From the human T2T-CHM13v2.0 reference genome, Homo sapiens: 64,000 bases of DNA. This document shows positions 19,004-37,455 of this stretch, piece after piece. Every line of letters starts with the position of its first letter. Position 1 is the first letter of the stretch. The notes under the pieces are model-generated. The model saw only the letters and a list, made by a program, of their open reading frames with translations. It had not been told where the DNA came from and made no database searches. The stretch is from the NCBI RefSeq assembly GCF_009914755.1, contig NC_060931.1. The stretch is one strand, 5' to 3'. The translations under genes were made by a program, and so were the position numbers.

Positions 19004-21329
19004 TGTATTAGTCTGTTCTCACACTGCTATAAAGATACTACAAGAGACTAGGTAATTTATAAACAAAAGAAGCTTGATTCACAGTTCTGAATGGCTGGGA
19101 GGCCTCAGGAAACTTACAATCATGGCAGAAGATGAAAGAGAAGCAAGGCACATCTTACATGGTGGCAGGAGAAAGGGAGAGAGAGTGAAGTGGAACTGTC
19201 ATACTTTAAAACCATTAGATCTCAGGCAAACTCCCTCACTAGCATGAGGACAACATAGGAGAAACAACCCCCATGATCCAATCATCTCCCAGTTCCCTTC
19301 CTTGACACATGGGGATTACAATTTGAGATGAGATTTGGGTGGGGACACAGAGCCAAACCATATCATTCTGCCCCGGCCCCTCCTAAATCTGACAACCTTT
19401 TCACATTTCAAAATCAATTATACCTTCTCAACAGTCTCCCAAAGTCTACTCATTCCATCATTAACTCAAAAGTCCAAGTTCAAAGTCTCATCTTAGACAA
19501 GGCAAGTCCCTTCCACCTATGAACCTGTAAAATCAATAAGTTAGTTACTTCCAAGATTCAATGGGGGTAAAGGCATTAGGTAAATGTTCCCATTCCAAAT
19601 TGGACAAACTGGCTAAAACAAAGGGGCCACAGGCCCCATGCACATCCGAAACCCAATAGGGCACTCATTAAATCTTCAAGCTCCAAAATATCCTTTGACT
19701 TCATGTCTCACATCGAGGGCATGCTGATGCAAGGGGTGGGCTCCCATGGCCTTGGGCAGCCCTGCCCCTGTGGCTCTGCAGAGTACAGCCCTGCAGCTGT
19801 TCTCATGGGCTGATGTTGAGTGGCTTTTCCAGGTTCATGGTGCAAACTACCATTCTGGGGTCTGAACGACAGTGGCCCTCTTCTCAGCTCCACTAGACAG
19901 TGCCCCAGTGGGGAGTCTGTATGGGGGCTCCAGCCCCACATTTGCCTTCCACACTGCCTTAGGAGAGGTTCTCCATGAGGGCTCTGCCTCTGCAGCAGAC
20001 TTCTGCCTGGACATGCAGGTATTTCCATACACCCTCTGAAATCTAGGCAGAAGTTCCCAAAGCTCAACTCTTGTCTTCACACCCACAGGCCCAACACCAC
20101 ATAGAAGCTTCCAAATCATGGGGCTTACACCCTCTGAAGCAACAATCAAAGCTTTACCTTGGCCCCTTTTAGCCACAGCTCAAGCCAGAGCAGGCGGGAA
20201 ACAAGTCACCAAGTCCTGAAGCTGCACAGAGCAGTGGGGCCCTGGGCCTGGCCCATGAAACCATTTTTCCCTCCTAGGCCTCCAGGCCTGTGATGAAAAC
20301 GGCTTCCATGAAGGTCTTTGATATGCCCTGGAGACATTTTCCCCATTGTCTTGGCTATTAACAGTTGACTGTTTTTTACTTGTGCAAACTTCAGCAGCTC
20401 ACTTGAGTTCCTCCCCAGAAAATGGGTTTTTCTTTTCTTCCATATGGTCAGGCTGCAAATTTTCCAAATTTCTGCTTCCTGTGAATTTTCCAAACCTATG
20501 CTTTGCTTCCCTTTTAAACTTAAGTTTCAATTTCAAACCATCTATTTGTGAACGTATAGTGGAATGCTTTCAGAATAAGCCAGGACACCTCTTGAATGCT
20601 TTGCTACTTAGAAATTTCTTCAGACAGATACACTAAATCATCTCTCTGTACTTCAAAATTCTGCAGATCTCTAGGGCAGGGACAAAATGTCAATGTCTCT
20701 TTGCTAAAATATAACAAGAATGACCTTTGCTCCAGTTCCTCTTCTCCATCTGAGACCACCTCATCTTGGACTTCATTGTCCATGTCACTGTCAGCATTTT
20801 GGTCAAAAACATTCAACAAATCTCTAGGAAGTTCCAAACTTTCCTATATCTTCCTGTCTTCTTCTAAGCCCTCCAAACTGTTCCAACCTCTGCCCATTGC
20901 CCAGTTCCAAAGTCACTTCCACATTTTCAAGTTATCTTTATAGCAGTGCCCCACTACCAATTCTCAGCAGTTCTCACACTGCTATAAAGATACTACCTGA
21001 GACTGGATAATTTATAAACAAAAGAGGTTTAATTGACTCAAAGTTCTGCATGGCTGGGAGGCTCTCTCAGGAAACTTACAATCATGGTGGAAGGCAAAGG
21101 GGAAGCAAGGCACAACTTATATGGCAGCAGGAGAGAGGGAACATGAGCAATGGGGAAGTCCCATGCTTTAAAAACATCAGACCTCATGAGAACTCTCTCA
21201 CTATCATGAGAACAGCATGGGGGAAACTGCCCCATGATCCAGTCACCTCCCACCAGATCCCTCCCTTAACACATGGGGATTACAATTTGAGATAAGATTT
21301 GGGTGGGGACACAGAGCCAAACCATTTCA
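19004..21329 (-). mobile_element. Full-structure MST (MaLR) provirus: LTR-int-LTR
   Basis: LTRs ~19004-19365 and ~20966-21329 share cacactgctataaagatactac...acagagccaaacca; 1.6 kb internal region; near-TSD AATAA/AAGAA. Confidence 0.85.
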
Positions 21330-21999
21330 AAGAAACATAGGTGATTTCCTCTATAACCAGGGAGTAGGGAAAACTTTCCTAACTGTGGCTCAAATTCCAG
21401 AAGTATAATTTTGCTTACCAAAAATTAAGCATTTGCAAGTAACAAGACATCACAGGCAAAGTAAACAGACAAATGACAAAATGGGCAAAGGTACTCCTAG
21501 TGTTAGTATCTCTAATATATAAACAACCTATACAAATAAAAAGCTGGGCATGATGGCTTAAGCCTGTAATCCCAGCTACTCAGGAGACTGAAGTGGGAGG
21601 ATCACTTGAGGCCAGGAGTTTAGGACCATCCTATGCAACATAGCGAGACCCCCATCTCAAAAATAAATAAGTAAAATAAACAGATAATAATAAAAGAACC
21701 CAAACCTTAGGAAAATGAGCTTGTAGGATGAACAATAAACAGGAAAAGAAATTCAAATGATTCTTTATCATATGAAAATATGCTTATCTCATTCATACTA
21801 ACAGAAATGTAAAAAAATAAAATCACAGATTCTCTTTCTCACATATTAAATTGGCAAAAATTAGAAAGTTTGACATGACTGCTGATGGGTAAACAGCCAT
21901 GCTCACATTGCTGATGGTCCTGTAAATTACCCTCTTACTATGGTGGTTGTGGAGGATTGGGCAGAATTTGGTAAAATTACTAATGCATACGCCCTTTGA

Positions 22000-22179
<180 letters not shown>

Positions 22180-22214
22180 TGAGACCACAGACATGTGCCA
22201 CCATGCGTGGCTAA

Positions 22215-22370
<156 letters not shown>

Positions 22371-22707
22371 TGAGACGGAGTCTCACTCTGTCACCAGGCT
22401 GGAGTGAAGTGGTGCGATCTCAGCCCACTGCAAGCTCCGCCTCCCAGGTTCATGCTATTCTCCTGCCTCAGCCTCCTGAGTAGCTGGGACTACAGGCACC
22501 CGCCACCACGCCCAGCTAACTTTTTGTATTTTTAGTAGAGACAGGGTTTCACCATGTTAGCCAGGATGGTCTCGATCTCCTGACCTCGTGATCTGCTCGC
22601 CTCGGCCTCCCAAAGTGCTGGGTGCTGGGATTACAGGTGTGAGCCACCACACCCAGCCACAAAAAATACTTTTTAAATGTACACACAAGGCTGTTAGTCC
22701 TTACAAC

Positions 22708-22768
<61 letters not shown>

Positions 22769-22825
22769 CATACATACATACATACATACATACATACATA
22801 CATACATACACACACATATATATAT
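22708..22825 (+). repeat. Compound microsatellite (TAGA)n(TACA)n(CA)n(TA)n
   Basis: Direct reading. Confidence 0.95.
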
Positions 22826-22828
22826 TAG

Positions 22829-22978
<150 letters not shown>

Positions 22979-23237
22979 TAATTTTAGAAAATTTTCTATA
23001 GAGATGAGGTCTTCTGTTTCCCAGGCTGGTCTCAAATTCCTGGCTCAAGCAATCCTCCCACTACAGCCTCCTACGGTGCTGGGATTACAGGCATGGCCCA
23101 CCACATACAGCCATCCTTACAACAATATTTGTAGGAGCAAAAAGGACAGAAACAACCCAATTGTCCACCAATAGAGGATTGATTATACAAATAATGTCAG
23201 ATTGATAGAGTAGATCTTCAAAACATATTATTATTAA

Positions 23238-23525
<288 letters not shown>

Positions 23526-23803
23526 TAGCCAGGATGGTCTCGGTCTCCTGACCTCATGATCCGCCCACCTCGGCCTCCCAAAGTGCTGGGATTACAGGCA
23601 TGAGCCACTGTGCCCGGCCAGTACTTGCTATATTTTTTAAATGGAAGGATAAACTATAAACATTTAAGAATGGTTAATTACAGGAAGAGGGAAGTAACAA
23701 AGTGAGGGATAAAAATAAAAGTTATGGGAGGTTAAGGTGGGTGATTTGCTTTAGTTTAGGAGTTGGAGACCAGCCTGAGCAACACGATGAAATCTGATCT
23801 CTA

Positions 23804-24345
<542 letters not shown>

Positions 24346-25369
24346 TTATGAAACCAAAGTAAAAGATTTGAGGATGAAGCTGGTGCATCTAAATGAGTAT
24401 CCAGGGGGTAGCATAACCATACCAATAATAGCTTTTTATCAAAACAGTAATTTGTGCATCACTAGTGGAATATACCTCAAAGAAAATAAGATAGTAAAAA
24501 TATGTATTTTCAGTCATATTATTAGTGGTGATGTTGGTATTAGTATTCTGAGACCGTTGCATGTGTACTGTGGGTTAAAGCAAATGAGCAATAATCTAAT
24601 CTGTCATTAGTAGTGTAGTTCAGAACTGAGATTCTCTGCATAGGAGAAAGGAGATGTAAAATAGAAGTAAAACCCTGTGGTCCTGAGTTTGCATTGCAAT
24701 TATCTGTATGAATGCACTCTGTATTTTACTGTAAAAGAAAACAAAACATATCTCCTTTTTATTTATACTGAAGAGGCCTAAAAATAATCACCAATCCTAT
24801 GGCAGCGAGCATCCTAGCCCTTGGACAGTAATTTTGAATTGACCTTTCCCACTAAAGGAGCCAAGAATTTTTGGAGAAAAGGCTGATTCCAGATGAGAGT
24901 CAGGAAATATAGAAAGGAGCCTAGAACATCTCATTCTACCAGATATCAAGGAAGCTATCAAAGACTACTAGAGTTGGCCAGGCACGGAGGCTCACGCCTG
25001 CAATCCCAGCACTTTGGGTGGCTGAGGTGCGTGGATCATCTGAGGTCAGGAGTTCGACACCAGCCTGACCAATATGGTGAAACCCTGTCTCTACTAAAAA
25101 TACAAAAATTAGCTGAGTGTGGTGGTGTGCGCCTGTAATCCTAGCTACTCAGGAAGCTGAGGCAGGAGAGTCACTTGAACCTGGGAGGCGGAGGTTGCAG
25201 TGGGCCAAGATCACGCCATTGAACTCCAGCCTGGGTGACAGAGCGAGACTCTATCTCAAACAAAACAAAACAAAACAAAACAAAATAACCGCTAGAGTCC
25301 GAAGACTTGTAACCCAACTAGGCAACAAGAGCCATTTGCCAAAAGTATGAGCAACGGTAAGAATAATAA

Positions 25370-25633
<264 letters not shown>

Positions 25634-26602
25634 TGAAATCCTAAGCTCAAGCAATCAGTCTGCCTTGGCTTCCAAAGTGCTGGGATTACAGGCGTGAGCC
25701 GCCCAGCCCAGTTTTTTCTTTATACCATATTCCAGCTAGTAAAGAAGGAATGACAGAATTAGACTATCACTATTTCTCATTCCGTAATGGATCTAGGCAA
25801 TGATCACCAATGGCTATTAATATTTTTAAAAAGAGAGACTGCTAAACATTACGTTGGTAGAATTAACAGACTATCTATAATGTAATCTTGCCTCCAACCT
25901 CCCCATCAAGTCTGAATCTAATCAAGCCTCTATACCCAGCTACCAATTTATAAAACTATAGATATTAGAAGAACGTGTTAAATTATACCAAGAGGATGCA
26001 ATCAGCAAAATCTAGGTTTTGTGCTTCATGGTGGCTCATGCCTGTAATCCTAGCACTTTGGGAGGCTGAGGCAGGAGGATTCACTTGAGTCCAGGAGTTG
26101 TGACACCAGTTTGGGCAACATAGTGAGACTTTGTCTCTATGAAAAAGAAACAAAACTAGCCAGTCATGGTGGTGCATGCCTGCAGTCTCAGCCACTTGGG
26201 AGACTGAGGTGGGAGAATCACTTGAGCCCAGGAGATCAAGGCTGTGGTAAGCTGAGATCAGGCCACTGCACCCCAGCCTGGGTGACAGAGCAAGACTCTG
26301 TCTCAAAAAAAAAAAAAAAAAAAGAAAAGAAAAAGAAAAAAAAATCTTCATTTTGTAGACTTGTACAGGTTAAATTATTCATTTTCTTCCACAAATTGGA
26401 AAAAAATATAAAGGAATGGAGGAGGAACCCACAGGGACGTACAAGATGTATCAACCAATGGCATCATTATGTGTTGACTTTATTTTGGTCCTAATTCAAA
26501 CAAATAGCTAAAAATAAATATGACTCCAACAAAAACTTGTACACAGGTATCCATAGCAGCATTATTCATAACAGCTGAAAATATATGATGAACTATTATT
26601 CA

Positions 26603-26953
<351 letters not shown>

Positions 26954-27403
26954 TTAAAGGTGTTAAAAAAAATTTTTTAAAGAAATAAAAAAAAAAATTA
27001 TGATAAGTGAAATAAGCCAGACACAGCACCACAAAGTATATGATTCCATTTATATGAAATGTCTAGAATAGTGAAATTTATAGAAATAGAAAGTATATTA
27101 GTGGGTTCCAGGGGCTGGATGAGAAAGGGGAAGTGACTGCTAATGGGTACAGGGTTTCTTTGTGGAGTGATGGAATTCAATACTGGTGATGGTTGTATTA
27201 TTTTGTGAATATACTATAAACTACTGAATTGGGCCAGGTGTGGTGGTTCGTGCCTGTAATCCTAGCACTTTGGGAGGCTGAGGAGCGTGGATTGCTTGAG
27301 CCCAGGAGTTAGAGACCAGACTGGGTAACATGGTGAATCCCTGCCTCTACTAAAAATACAAAAATTAGCCAGGTGTGGTGGCATGCACCTGCAGTCCCAG
27401 CTA

Positions 27404-27805
<402 letters not shown>

Positions 27806-27810
27806 AATAT

Positions 27811-27920
27811 TGACACAGGATTCTTTCTGTGAAGCTTCACCATCTGGAAATCTCCGCAGCCAGCAGCACCCCTGCCTGGCACTCACTTGGCTCCGGGCTT
27901 GCCTCTGGGCTTATTCTGTC
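27811..27920. mobile_element. MER52-like LTR end, truncated
   Basis: tgacacaggattctttctgtg...ctggaaatctccgcagccagc, joined abruptly to an Alu middle. Confidence 0.5.
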
Positions 27921-28145
27921 CATCTCTACAAAAACTTTTTAAAAAAATCAGCCTGGCATAGCGGTACGTGCCTGTAGTCCTCGCTACTCGGGAGGCTGTG
28001 TTAGGAGGATCTCTGGAGCCTAGGGGTTGGAGGCTGCAGTGAGCTATGATCATGCCACTGCACTCCAGACTGACTGACAGAGACCCTGTCTCATAATAAT
28101 AATAATACAGAAGCCAGGCATGGTGGCACACACCTGTAGTCATAG

Positions 28146-28886
<741 letters not shown>

Positions 28887-30355
28887 TTAAAAATATTTCA
28901 CTTGTGTTCAAGGATAATGTGTATTCTCTTTGTAAAGTTTATATTCTCTGTGAGCTAATTGATTGTATTCAGCTTTTATGTTAACTTTTGTCAACTTTTT
29001 TATTCTAGGAGGCAGTGTTTAACATTTTCAATGAACACTGTCAACTTTTCTATTTCTTCCTTTAGTTTTTGTCAGTTCTTATTCTGTGTACTTTGAATCC
29101 ATATTTTTAACTGCAGATATGTTGGCAATATGTATAATCTTGCTTCTTTGTTAATTTTACTAGCATATAATATTTATTGTCTCTTTTCATGTATTTTTTG
29201 CTTGAATTCAGTTTTGTGAGACATAATTGTTAACAGATTTCTTTGTTTTAAACTTACCTGGTATATCTTTTTCCATTCTTCTATTTTCAACCTTTCAGCA
29301 TACTTTTAAGTATTTCTTTTGGTGACAACATAATATTAGATTTTTTTCCCTTAAGTCCAATTTGAGCGTCTGTCCCTTAATTAGTGAATTTATGCTCTTT
29401 ACATATATGGTAATTGTCATAATACTAGGACTTATTTCTTTCATTTTGTTTGGGATTTGTTTTCTTATGCTATTTTAGGTGCTGCATATTCTTCCTATTG
29501 ATCTCTTACGCTTATCAGCATACATTTCTTCCCCCAACAAGACATAGTATTTTGAAATGCTTCATCACATACCTGCCACCATCTAGTTCCTACTCTTACC
29601 CTGTTCCTTCTGCTTCATGTAGATATCATACAGAATTTTAGTCATGGTTTGTCCTAGATATAATTTCTCCTCTTTTCTTTGGTTGTTGCTTTTTTTAGAC
29701 TATAGTGAACTTGAACATTTGGCAAATGTTTTATGTCTTTGTGCCCTAGTTTTCTTATTTATAAAGTGAAAATAATTCCACCTTCCTCACGTGGCTTTTT
29801 GTGGGAGGTAAATGTGGCAGTGTGAGTGAGAATGCTTGATAACATGTGAATAATTATGTGAGAGGTGATTATCAGTCAAAAATTACCTTTTATTCCAATG
29901 CCCACCCTTTTCTACTTCACTCAAGTACTCTTTTCAATCTCCTTTTCAGAATTCGTATTTCCTTTTCTTTACCCCATAATCCTTTGTGCTTTTATGATTA
30001 AAAGAAGTCTGTATGTGTTCCCAAGCCCAGAGCTGCTGGTAGGCTCCAGCAAGGGAGATGCTGTGCGGCCTGTTTCACCAGGTTTAGCACAGTAAGCTGG
30101 GAAAACCCAAGGGAAAAAGCCTTTGGGATGTCGATGAGTGTGGAAGGTAGGGTGTCATTGGAGCTATCACTATTCAGCAAAAGAAGGGAACTGTGAAGGT
30201 GGAGGATATAGCATTTCCTTCTTTAACAAAAGCAGGCTTGGTGTGGGAACAGTGGGCTCTATAATGTAATGAAAACTATTTTCAGATACTATTGAAATTA
30301 AAATGTATTATTGCAGTGTATGGCTTAATGTAATGGTAACTTTATTTCTTACCAG

Positions 30356-30457
30356 GCTCATATTGGCAACTTATTAACATCAAAATTCTTCAGTTATAAG
30401 GATTTTGATACTTTATTATATACCTGTGCAGCAGAGTTTGACTTTATGGAAAAAGAG
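30356..30457 (+). pseudogene. DPY19L1-like exon A (102 nt)
   Basis: ttaccag|GCT...GAG|gtaaga; AHIGNLLTSKFFSYKDFDTLLYTCAAEFDFMEKE. Confidence 0.92.
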
Positions 30458-32118
30458 GTAAGATGTGATTTCTAGTTCTGTTTCCTAAGGTTTTGGCCCA
30501 TACATTTTTCATAAAGGGTGCCCCTCTTATATCAGACTCTTTATGTACTGTTATCTCAGTTTGAAGGAAAAGGAAAATCTGGCAACTTAGAGAAAGATTT
30601 TTCTATTTACTTTAGTGCAGCTCCCTGAAATATATGGCCTTTACTCATTTCGATAATTTAGAAATACACATTCAGACTAGCAGTGGTTTTCTAGGTGAGT
30701 AAACACAGAGGCATTAAAAGTTGCCATTTTTCAGTGATAGCATTAATTTAGTCAAGCTTTCAAGCTCTTACATTTCCACTCATTTTGTGGTTATTTAAAC
30801 AGATATTTGCTTTGAAACATCAAGTCCAAGCTTTTCCTTCCAACAGCATTTTTCTTTCTAAAACTGTATTCAGAGATTTAGAAGGAAAGCAGAGAGTAGT
30901 TTAGTGGATTGTGAGACAGAAGCCTGCAATTTTGCTTGATGTTCTTGAACAAGCAACTCTCATTCCTTGTGTTACAGTTTACTAGTTTCTAGTAGCATGC
31001 CATAAACAGATATTGTGAAGACAAAATGAGATAATACAAAGGAAAGTACTTTGATATTTTAAATAAATAAATATTTAAATAAACAAAATATTAATTTGCA
31101 ATACTTTATGAGCTGGTTTAGTTCAATAAACATGTATATATGTGCATTTTTAACACCATCCACGTGGTACTGATTAATTATATTATCTGTGTCACTCCTT
31201 CAGAGTGGTATGTGTGTGTATATGAAACTGGCCAACAATACTCTATTGACATGTTAGTTTCCCTCATGATCCCACTGTGTTAGCCCAGTGTCCAGAGTTC
31301 CAGACCAGTGGATGAGAGGGCACCACACAGGAAACTTTTATCTACCGGCCATTTGGAGTTGAGTGTGTTCTGCAGAGGTACTGTTTACTCCAGTGGCCTG
31401 TCAGTCTTCATTTATTGTGTTCCGGCAAATGGTTTTGACACACAGTGGCTGACAAAGGTATATGAGTTTTAGTGTTAAACCTGCTGAAACAAACAAAGGA
31501 AGCATATCTTGCAAGACATTGAAATGCATGTTCATAGGGGTTCAAGACTCCTTCACATATTAGAGAATTAGGATGTGGTGAAGTTGTTTAATGTTATTGA
31601 GAACATCATACATACTGCTACAATCTGAGAGTATTAAATGTAAGTTATGTAATGAAAGAAATAATTTATTGAGGCATAGCATGACTTCAGCTAATTTGAA
31701 GAAAATAGCAAAGCTGTTTCCAGCATACCATTCCTCATCACTGTAAGTATCTGAATTCTTAGGGACTGTGCCATAGAGACAGAGTAGTGTCAATTCAGGG
31801 AATATATGTTCCAATTATACACCCATACAATACCTATAACATGGTATTTCCTAACATGATATCATACTGACATGGAAAGATGCTTAAGATATATAAGGGA
31901 GTAAACAAAATGATATAGTCTTATTAATGCATAATTAACAAAAGTAAAAAAAAGTGTAAAAGAGCAAAATTTTAAGAGTGGTTTTTTGGGTGGAGAGATA
32001 ATCGAGAGGTATAGGGCTTTGTTATTAAACTTATTTCTATTTTTTTTCTGCTACTAAAGAAAATGTAAAAGTCTTTTGTTCCCCTCAAACATCAATCATT
32101 ATTTTGTTTATGTGTGAG

Positions 32119-32122
<4 letters not shown>

Positions 32123-32149
<27 letters not shown>

Positions 32150-32162
32150 TTGTGTGTGTGTA
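32123..32162 (+). repeat. (TG)n microsatellite
   Basis: Direct reading. Confidence 0.95.
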
Positions 32163-32544
32163 TGTTTCAATGATAATATTTTTATCCCCCACAAAATATA
32201 CAGGAAAAGCTTATTCCATTTAAGGAGCTTTACGTACCTTAGATGAATATTAAGTTGGTCTCTCTAGTTAGATAAGTAGCATGCAAAAAGTGAGCAGTAA
32301 TCTTTTCAGTGACATTTCACACTTACAGGTGTTTGGGTACTGTATTTTTAGTGTTTCAACTCAGCATTTTGGGGAAGTTCATTTCTATGGAAATGCACTT
32401 TCCTTTTTATGATGGCAGTCAGTGAGAAGATTGGTGAATGTTCATATTTCTCTACTTTTAGAAATTTACCTATTTCATTATTTGAAATGAAACTTTATTT
32501 GGTTAAAATGTTTCCTTCTAACAAAACATCTCTTTGAATTTCAG

Positions 32545-32616
32545 ACTCCACTGAGATACACAAAGACATTATTGTTTCCAGTTGTTCTTGTAGTGTTTGT
32601 TGCTATTGTTAGAAAG
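32545..32616 (+). pseudogene. DPY19L1-like exon B (72 nt, TM segment)
   Basis: tttcag|ACT...AAG|gtatgt; TPLRYTKTLLFPVVLVVFVAIVRK. Confidence 0.92.
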
Positions 32617-33615
32617 GTATGTCTATCACTTAAGAGCTCTTTCTTATAATAGAATATTTTCTTGTTTTTACATAGTAGTTGCATATACTTGGCCACATAT
32701 TAATCTGATACAATGTTTTGTATGGGCTTACTGTAACATATTCTATGTTTTCTTAATGATAGTTTTTGATAGACATTTATATATCTTCAAAATATTCTAT
32801 CTGCTAGCATAAAATAGACATCGGAAAATGATGGCTCAAGTTTCAATAGTCATGTATTTTGGAAGGCATGATCAGAGACCATATTGACCCAGATACAACT
32901 TGCCTGTGTAAATTATTACTGGCTTTTACCTTTAATGTAATATTTCCCTAAAATATTTAATACATACCTTTCTAAGTGATTTGTGCAGTGTGCAGTAACT
33001 CCTGGATTGTGTTTATTATTAATCAGAAAGAAAAAACAGTATTTGCAATGTGTTGATGAACTAGATAAAATGTTTAGGATCCCCAACTTGGCTTTGATAA
33101 TAAAATTCTAAGCCCAGATATAAATAAGGTCAAAGCAAGTGTGATATTCCCTCTCTTTTTTTCTTTCAAGAATTGTGCACTCTGTAACCCAATGTGTCTT
33201 AAGAGAATGAATAGAAGTTGATCTGTGATGGAAAAAGAGATGACAGAACTTAAAAGTTTCCTGATCTGTAGCCAGTGATTTCTGTGTTAATACAATTTCA
33301 TTTATTTGTAGAATATTCTGTATTATAACAATTGTTCATATTATATATTTGTACTCTGCTTTGTATAGAACAATTTCACGTGAGTATTTAAATTGTTTAT
33401 TCGACAGCCCTATGGGGTAGACAAATGTTATCTCCATTTTAACATACGGAACTGAAAGATCAAAGATGTTAGGAACCTCACATCATGTCCACTTAAAAGC
33501 AAGGGAAGAGTATGACTCGGGCTCTGCACCTTCCCCCATCATTGGGCTACGTCTGGTATTCAGCTATGCACTCCAACAGCACTTTTCATCTCTAATCAGT
33601 TAATAGTCAGTTCCT

Positions 33616-34145
<530 letters not shown>

Positions 34146-34866
34146 TTACTTTGAAATATGTTAAAAGCCTGCCCCTTGAAAATAAGGTTACACACAATCT
34201 GGCTCCTTAGAATCATGGCCAATTCCAGGCGGTAGGACTTTTGACCAGAACTGATCTCAACTGATAAGGAAAGTGTTATAGATTCAAGCAGCAGCTGGTG
34301 GATTCTAAGGGCTGGATTACAGCCTGTCATCAGTGTTGTAGAGAATATTTGTACTGGAGATAGGATTTTAGATTAGATGACCTCCTCGTTATTGCTAAAT
34401 ATGAAAGCACAGTGACTGTGTTTTGAATGCTTCCAGCTGTGATTATCAACCTCTGAGCCAGCTCTCCAGTTTTCTGAGTGCACTGTTAAGAAGAGGTGTT
34501 GCCAACAACGTTGGCATGGTGGAAGCAGCGCTGAATGTGAATTTGAAGCCAGAAGATCTGGTTTCAAGACTGCAGTTCTTCTTAGTAGTTGTCTACCTAC
34601 AGGGCGATCATTTAATCCATATGAGCCTGTTGCTCATTTACAAAATGAGGATGATATAATCTACCCAACAGGGTTGTTGAATATTAGTGTTGATCAAATA
34701 CTACACAAATATAAGATTATGTTGTTGTGATTATTATTTTCTGAGTTATCTCTTATCTCTATACTTATATTTTTCATTAAAAGTTTTACAGTTTAGAAGA
34801 TACTTTAGTTAAAATATCATTTTTCCCAACACAGCTTTTCTAAAGTGTTTCAAAATCTATTTACAG

Positions 34867-34916
34867 ATTATTAGTGATATGTGGGGTGTCTTAGCTAAAC
34901 AACAGACACACATAAG
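34867..34916 (+). pseudogene. DPY19L1-like exon C (50 nt)
   Basis: ttacag|ATT...AG|gtaaat; IISDMWGVLAKQQTHI(R). Confidence 0.9.
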
Positions 34917-35982
34917 GTAAATATGCTATTAAGAATTTTGTTACCTCCTCTGTTCATTTATTAAATAGATATTTACAGTGTATTAATTTTATACTCACAT
35001 GTTGTGTACCTAATATTTGATAATTGATGTTTTTATTGTGGTCATTTCCCTTCTTGGTGTTTCTTCTTATTTCCTATCTGTGCAGAACACAGCACATCAC
35101 TTATTCATCCTTCAGATGTTATCCAGTACAATCTGACAGTAGCCCTGCACATAATCTACACTCGAAGGACACAGTTTTATACTTCAGTTCAGCAGGGAAA
35201 GTAAATTATTATGTGAGTGGTTTTAGGACCAGTGGACTGCCTTTTGGGAAATGAGCAGGGAAATATAAAACTGGATTCATACCTCACTTTTTGCAGAAAA
35301 TAAATTTCAGATGAAGCAGAGAATTAGGTATAGAAAAAAAATAAAGCCCCAAAATTAACTAAGAGGGTAGGTTTATAATCTGAGAGTTAGGGAGGCCTAC
35401 AGTATGCTTGGTATTTTCTGCCATCACACCCTTTCATCTTACTCTCTTACCATTTATCACCCTTTGTACTTAAATGTTGATGTGTGACCTGTATCTCCTG
35501 AAGGGAGGGATCATTTTTGTTCAACAGTTTATATACAGTGCCTGCAAGATAGTAAAGGATAGTAGTTGAATGAGTGAGTATTTACATATGACTAATGAAC
35601 ATGAAAAGGTAGTCTTGATCCTATGGTAAAGACATTCAGGTTGAAGTGAAGACCTTTTCACTTCTCATATTTCTAAAAATTAATAGTATACCCAATGCTT
35701 GCAAGAGTGGGAGGTAGTAGATGGGAGGGAAATTTGGCAATAAACAGTAAAACATATAGTGGGCCTGTACTTTAGCCCTGCAGGTTCTACCAGTGCAAGT
35801 GTACTCTCCAGAGATGCTCACAGAAATACAGAGATGATGGGGAGAAATGTCTTTTGTAGTATTGTGTGTAATGTGAGAAATGGAAACATCCAAAATATCT
35901 ACTATGATCCAATCATAGAGTGGAATGTTAGGCCATCTTTCTGGAAATAGGTCCAGTATACATTATTGAATTTTAAAAATTG

Positions 35983-35983
<1 letters not shown>

Positions 35984-36030
<47 letters not shown>
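35984..36030 (+). repeat. (TG)n microsatellite
   Basis: Direct reading, about 22 units. Confidence 0.95.
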
Positions 36031-36032
<2 letters not shown>

Positions 36033-36230
36033 GGATGATTATACTTCTGTTTAAAATTTGGAGATTTTTATGTGTTTGTGCATAGAAGTGATCTGGAAAG
36101 ATAAATCCTGTAATTATTAAGAGTGTGGGATTGGAAGATGGAGTGAAGGTAGTTTTAACTTTACTTTTATTCTTTTGTAGGATTTTGGGAGGACAAGGAT
36201 TGTCTAATGTATGTATCTATATTTTCTGTT

Positions 36231-36535
36231 CTTTTTTTTTTTTTTTTTTTTGAGACAGAGCCTGGCTCTGTCGCCCAGGCTGGAGGAGTGCAGTGGCACG
36301 ATCTTGGCTCACTGCAACCTCTGCCTCCCGGGTTCAGGCAATTTCATCTGCCTCAGCCTCCTGAATAGCTAAGACTACAGGCGACCACCACCATGCCTAG
36401 CTTATTTTTGTATTTTTAGTAGAGACAGGGTTTCACCATATTGGCCAGGCTGGTCTTGAACTCATGATGTCGTGATCTGCCTGCCTCAGCCTCCCAAAGT
36501 GCTGGGATTATAGGCATGAGCCACCTCACCTGGCC
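36231..36535 (-). mobile_element. AluS
   Basis: Alu dimer flanked by ctatattttct repeats. Confidence 0.88.
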
Positions 36536-37455
36536 CTATATTTTCTTTTATAATTTGAATATACACACCCTTATATTATTCCCTCACCTCCAAGTCTCTG
36601 CCAACATAATGATAAATTATTGCACATACTCCTGAGAGAATCCTTGTTCTCACTTAGAAACAATTTACTGTAACATATACAGGTATATGTTTATACCTGT
36701 AACATTTGAGTTGAGGGCTAAGGGGGAAAGAAAAACGTTCTGGTTTACAATGCCAAAATTTTTCTTCATTTGAGGTGAAATTACTTTTGAAGAGCTCAGG
36801 AAGAAGCTACAAAGTTTCAGCTGTAGTATGCAGCTCTGGAAGAGGAAGGTGGAACTTCTCACAGAAACAAAGCTGTCCCTTCAAGAGTAATAACTCACCT
36901 ATAGAAATAATTATAGGAAACCATTAAGCTTCATGGGGTTGTCAGTTCAAATAGGATCAGAGCTCTTTTTTGGAAGAGGAGTGGCAATGTTGACATTTTA
37001 TTTTGCATAGCTACCAAAGCCAGTGTAAAAAGGAGAAGAGTAGGACATAAATTTTAACTATGAAAGACGTGAATGCCAATATTCTCTTTACTCAAAGACC
37101 CAGGAAGTAAAGTGGGTTAGAGGCAGCATGATGTAGTAAAAAGTATATTGGCTCTGAAGTCAGGCAGAATATAGTCCTGGCTGCCACTTAGCAGCTCTGT
37201 GATTCCCTTTCCTTGGCTGTAAATTGGGGTAATAAATGGTTGTAGGATTAGAGTTAATGGAATGTACTAAGCATATTAACATTGTAAGTACTCAACAAAT
37301 GGTAACTGATAGTTTTTATGTGGAGTGAAACAAGAATAAAGAAAGAACTGTTTCATCTCCTTCACTAGCCCCCTATGTACTACTGAGTTTGCTAATATAT
37401 CAGTCTTTTTGAGGCCAAATTCTCAAATTAGATTATATGCTACCTGGATTAACAG